The translations under genes and the position numbers were made by a program. A model generated the notes under the pieces. It worked only from the letters and a program-made list of their open reading frames with translations. It did not search any database and was not told the origin of the DNA. Source: a virus (Duplodnaviria; Caudoviricetes). Taken from it: 64,000 nucleotides of DNA. Shown piece after piece: positions 59,786-64,000 of the stretch (the first letter of the stretch is position 1; every line of letters starts with the position of its first letter). The stretch lies in the IMG/VR virus record IMGVR_UViG_3300032038_000053, positions 13,788 through 77,787 of that record, one strand, 5' to 3'.

Positions 59786-62538
59786 ATGATCGATTACTGT
59801 ATCAGCAACATGGAAAACCCGTTGGATCACATCACAGTTGACATGGGTGAAGATCGCCCTCTTGTGGATTTTGTGATTAAGGCAATCTCAGGTTTGCAAA
59901 TCATCAACCAGCTTCGTTTGTACACCGTTAAAGATGGTGAAGTCACACCGTTTGTGGCAATCGGAAACTGGAACTGGAATCCCCATCCCTTGTCCGGGGA
60001 TATCCAAACAAAGCGTCGTGAAACCGGTACAAAGTTGAAGACTAAGAATATCTCAGACAATCGTATTGGTGTTCTCGATTTTGACATCTATTTGGAGGCA
60101 CGTGACAAAAATAAGAACATGGTATCGAATATCATTCACAACACTCTGCATATTCCCATCGCAGACAACAAAGGACGTTATTACTTGGATAGCTTGCGTT
60201 ATTCCGAGTATCAGCTTGTGGACAAATTGCTGTATCCTGGTGGAGAGAATTCCTTCATTATTAAATCATTATTGCCGGTTGTGATTTCATATGAAGATGC
60301 AATGTGTACTTCGATGAATGGAATGATTGTATCTTCCAAGGTCGGGATGGTTAAGATCTTCACAACAATGGAACCGATCTTGTCATGCTTCATGCATGTT
60401 CCATCGGTGCTGTCTTACCTCGAGGTATTTCCGATTCTCCAGTTCACAGGAAGAATCTTGCCAGATCAGGATGATTATGAATACTTCAAACCCATGGATG
60501 ATGTGGATGGTGTTTACATCAAAGCATACAAGAAGGGTTTGCAGAAATTTGAATATGTTCGTAATATCTTGGTAATGGCGATGCAATTGATTCAGAGATA
60601 TCATCCGGATACAATTGAACAAGTTCGTGACCCTAAGTGGTGGGTTTATCAGTTATCCTATTATGACGGTCAGGTGGAACATCGTGGTGCTTGTCATCAA
60701 ATGCATGTTGCCCGTATGCTGGATACTATCTCTGCACAGGTATTGCCGATTCCCGAAGTAGATAAGCGCATCATGATTTCGTTATTAAAGTATATTCTCC
60801 AAACAGAGTTTGATGACATGAACTTCTTCTCATTTGAGAATAAACGTTTACGTCGTAATGAAGTAATCTCCACAATCATTACAGCGATGGTGTCTGATAA
60901 GTTGAAACAGATGTTCCGTTTTGGTGCATTGGCACAAATGTCAGATATCGAAGGGTACTTCAAATTCTCACCCGATTCGATCCTCAAGAAGATGTATGAT
61001 TTGGGAACTGTTCATTCAATTGACTTCGCAAATGATTTGGATTATCCACACCTCCTGTCATATACCAGGAAAGGTCAATTGGTGGCCTGATATCTCATAT
61101 ATGCGGAAAAGCGAGCCGCCGGAAAAGTGTTCGATCTGTCGAAAGACTGATGCCTAAAGTTTTCACTACCAAACTATTGTGGTGACATAATAGTGGCAAT
61201 TCGTAATGGAAAAGGTATGGTAAAAATGTGAAAGATATATGGTCAACCCGCAGGCAAGCAACTAATTAAATCATCTCTGATAAATATATCATTCGTGTGG
61301 AGGTGATGAATCATGTCAAAATCTAAAAATATTAAAGGCATGGTATCAAAGACAATTTTCATTAACGGTGAACCTACAGTCTACACAATTAATGTGATGG
61401 GGCAGGTTTACAGTAGCCACACGAAACAGTATTTAAAGCCGTTCAAGAATCCAAGTGGATATCTCCTCGTAGATATTCATCATAACAAGGAATCCTACTA
61501 CAGACAAGTGCATCGTCTTGTTGCAGAAGCATTCATTCCTAATCCGAAGCATCTTCCGACCGTAAATCATATTGATGGTAATAAGGAGAATAATGATGTT
61601 ACAAATTTGGAATGGATGAGCATCAAGGACAATGTTCGTCATGCGTGGAAAACCGGACTTGTAAAACCTAGATATGGAACTGACAATCCAGCAAACAAAT
61701 ATACAGAAGAACAAATCCATACGGTATGTCAGCATCTTGAGTGTCCGATTCTCCATAATTATGAAATTGCAAAAATTTGTTGTGTCGATGTAACTACAAT
61801 CAGGGATATCAAGTTCCGTGGTAAATGGAAGCAGATCGCTGATCTGTATAATATTAACCGTAGAAAAGGCGGATTGCAATTTTATAGAAAAGATATTGAA
61901 CGACTCATTCTGGAAGAGCATATGGATGACAATAACATCTTAATTGAATTAGAACTTCCGGAAACCGCACGTATCCACATTAGATATATCAGAGCACAAT
62001 TAGCTGCAGCCTCAACGACTAACCCGGAAGGGTGTACACCCACAAGCTGATGGTGGGTGGAAACGAGATACAGATGAATGTCGGGAGATATGCATCTGAA
62101 GATATAGTCTGGACATCTGGGGAAATCCCAGAGCAGTTCTTCAAGGCCCATGAAGAACGGCATGGAGTTGCGACCCATGTGAACACATCGCCTAATAGCT
62201 TGGGCAGGGTGGATCGTCATAAGATTGGTTTTATCCACAAGCAAATGAATCCATCCATGATCGGCAAAGTCGACTTTATTGAATCATCTAAGGATGTTGG
62301 ACAATCTGGAACAATCTCACCGTATGCAGACATCTCTGTGTTCTCAGATGTAAATGTCAACAAGTATCCGAACATCAAGTTTGATTTGTACAAGTTTATC
62401 GAAAAGGAGTTCCCGACAAGAGCTGTGGTATTCGAGGCAAATAACATTGAGGAGTACAATGAGATTTTGGACAACATTGTTATGTCCGTTTATATGGATA
62501 TCGATTATCACATTCCCAATGGAAAGGCAGCATCATGA
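59786..62538 (+). CDS. RNA polymerase beta subunit N-terminal part, join(59786..61075,62191..62538), ~545 aa
   Basis: splicing gives ...SYTRKG|PNSLGR...MNPSMIGKVDFIESSKDVGQSG (beta-type HxSxxGR.C/D region); earlier DNKGRYYLDS..YSEYQL. Confidence 0.82.
61076..62190 (+). mobile_element. group I intron (IA-like) carrying an HNH endonuclease
   Basis: 5' exon ends in U, intron ends in G; P1 AGGU/GCCU with U.G; Q-like AACCCGCAGGC, R CCTCAACGACTA, S AAGATATAGTC (P7 GACTA/TAGTC). Confidence 0.9.
61313..62050 (+). CDS. intron-encoded HNH homing endonuclease
   Basis: VHRLVAEAFIPNP...VNHIDGNKENNDVTNLEW. Confidence 0.92.
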   Translation: MSKSKNIKGMVSKTIFINGEPTVYTINVMGQVYSSHTKQYLKPFKNPSGYLLVDIHHNKESYYRQVHRLVAEAFIPNPKHLPTVNHIDGNKENNDVTNLEWMSIKDNVRHAWKTGLVKPRYGTDNPANKYTEEQIHTVCQHLECPILHNYEIAKICCVDVTTIRDIKFRGKWKQIADLYNINRRKGGLQFYRKDIERLILEEHMDDNNILIELELPETARIHIRYIRAQLAAASTTNPEGCTPTS

Positions 62539-63071
62539 ATAAAATTAATCACACACTGTATCATGGGAACATCAACAAGAACATCAAAGTTGTTTATCAG
62601 TATCAAAAGAGATCCGAAGAACGATTTCAAACCATTAAAGAATATAAAGGTGCATTATATATTGAACCAGGATTTTCATTAACGATCGGGGAGCCATATG
62701 GCTCCCCCAATCGTATGTTTATCACTTCCAATGATTATCCACATTTCGTTATCTTGTTGCACAAAACAATCAAACTGGTACAACAGCATTTGTTAGAATT
62801 GTTCCCTAATATGAACCAAGAAGAATATCAGATTGACTCATTGGTATTAGAAAGATTTATCACTGAGAAAGCCATGCATATTAATGGTATGACAATGACA
62901 CCATGCGTATGGGTGAATGACAGCCAGAGTTGTTTTCCAGCAATCAGTGTCGTTACTTTGCATGGGTCATGTAAAATCCCATTGGAAGATTGTATGGGTA
63001 TTGACCAAGTATTGAGCACATTTGATCCTAATATGTTTGGATTGATGATGCTGAATATGATGGGATATTAA
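62535..63071 (+). CDS. hypothetical protein
   Basis: 178 aa, ATGA overlap with RNAP exon 2. Confidence 0.75.
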   Translation: MNKINHTLYHGNINKNIKVVYQYQKRSEERFQTIKEYKGALYIEPGFSLTIGEPYGSPNRMFITSNDYPHFVILLHKTIKLVQQHLLELFPNMNQEEYQIDSLVLERFITEKAMHINGMTMTPCVWVNDSQSCFPAISVVTLHGSCKIPLEDCMGIDQVLSTFDPNMFGLMMLNMMGY

Positions 63072-63078
63072 TATGGAT

Positions 63079-63096
63079 GCCGGGCAAAAGCCCGGC
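63079..63096 (+). terminator. intrinsic terminator
   Basis: GCCGGGC-AAAA-GCCCGGC then TTCTATTTTTT. Confidence 0.75.
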
Positions 63097-63256
63097 TTCT
63101 ATTTTTTCAAATTTCTGTATATATATAATTTATATGAACAGAGAGAATGAAATACTTCCATCTGTATTAATATTAGACATCCTCGATCATGTCATAAGAA
63201 CCTGTGAACGCATATATCAGGTCTCGATCTTGGATAGTCTTAAAGGAGGTAATCTT

Positions 63257-63637
63257 ATGACACAGGTATACGTAAAATTTGAAGGAACAACCGCAACAAT
63301 GGTAGCTCGCAGCTATCACGGTGATGCACAGGCTCTTGAGTTCAATGTCAATGGTAACTTCTATATCACCATTTTCGAATTGGTGATGAAGTATCAGAAT
63401 GCTGAAACTATCGGCCATGCTATCCGTAATCTCGGTGCTGCTGGTGGTTACAGCCATGACTTCCGTCAGGGCATGCGCCAGTTCTGCCGCATTGCGACCG
63501 GCCGTCATCATTTCCATCATATCGGTTGCCTTGACGATTATGATATCGGAAAGACAGCAGTTGGAGTTGTAAAGACGGTTGAGGAGCATCTTGAGAAAAC
63601 ATATGGCAAGCGCCATGTGTATCATTGCGGCTTCTAA
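63257..63637 (+). CDS. hypothetical protein (MTQVYVKFEG...)
   Basis: SD AAGGAGGT; C-terminal part of ORF-track 63077..63637. Confidence 0.7.
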   Translation: MTQVYVKFEGTTATMVARSYHGDAQALEFNVNGNFYITIFELVMKYQNAETIGHAIRNLGAAGGYSHDFRQGMRQFCRIATGRHHFHHIGCLDDYDIGKTAVGVVKTVEEHLEKTYGKRHVYHCGF

Positions 63638-63758
63638 TTCGAATGTATGAACAGACCTGAGTATGTCTATAAACTACTCAAACATTATGACAGGCGGTAT
63701 GAGGGAGATTGGCGAATTGCTTCTCCCTCGCCTGTCTTATATTTTTTTTCTTTTTTTG

Positions 63759-64000
63759 TTAGAATTGTGAGATACGTGAATACTTGTTCACGAGAGTTGT
63801 AAAATCATTTGCAATTGAATTACCAAGATGATAGAATCCATCGCCAACAAATGATCCAGCCAATGCCAACTTTGTTGCCATTCTTGCACCAGGGTTGTAT
63901 CGATACTTATCAACACCACAACATTGTCCGATGTAATCAAACATTGTATTGTTATTCAAAAAGAATGCCGGTTTATCCATTGGAGTTGTCACCAAGCAAT
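63759..64000 (-). CDS. C-terminal fragment of a protein starting beyond the window
   Basis: frame open to the window edge; stop at 63759. Confidence 0.55.
   Translation of the reverse strand, partial: CLVTTPMDKPAFFLNNNTMFDYIGQCCGVDKYRYNPGARMATKLALAGSFVGDGFYHLGNSIANDFTTLVNKYSRISQF

Noticed and set aside
62032-62190. N-terminal 53 aa of the ORF-track protein 62032..62538
   Set aside because: This is intron core sequence (contains the S element); real coding resumes at 62191
1-64000. Stop-codon reassignment (alternative genetic code)
   Set aside because: Long conserved genes read through intact in the standard code and no suppressor tRNA was seen

Overview
AT-rich segment of a jumbo phage of the phiKZ/AR9(PBS1)-like group, probably infecting a low-GC Gram-positive (Firmicutes) host. 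Host and group are inferred from Shine-Dalgarno style, tRNA style and gene content. The + strand carries replication and transcription genes: one part of a split family-B DNA polymerase, SSB, beta'-N and beta-N subunits of a split multisubunit RNA polymerase (beta-N interrupted by a group I intron carrying an HNH gene), NAD-dependent ligase, SbcD-like nuclease, UvsX/RecA-like recombinase and primase. The - strand carries virion genes, including a 1466-aa multi-enzyme protein and two paralogous ~1.5k-aa tail/baseplate-type proteins. The standout is an RNA-centred accessory island at ~25.7-33.6 kb. It holds seven intact tRNAs, an unexplained ~236-nt structured RNA, a stand-alone Cas7-like RAMP gene followed directly by a ~790-nt array of 5-nt-periodic NGY-NN units (no CRISPR repeats or other cas genes seen), a Ro60/TROVE gene flanked by five copies of a covarying Y-RNA-like element, and a tRNA-Pro gene split in its anticodon loop by a cassette encoding an HNH nuclease plus a replacement tRNA-Pro. 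All family assignments come from motifs read by eye; no database searches were run.
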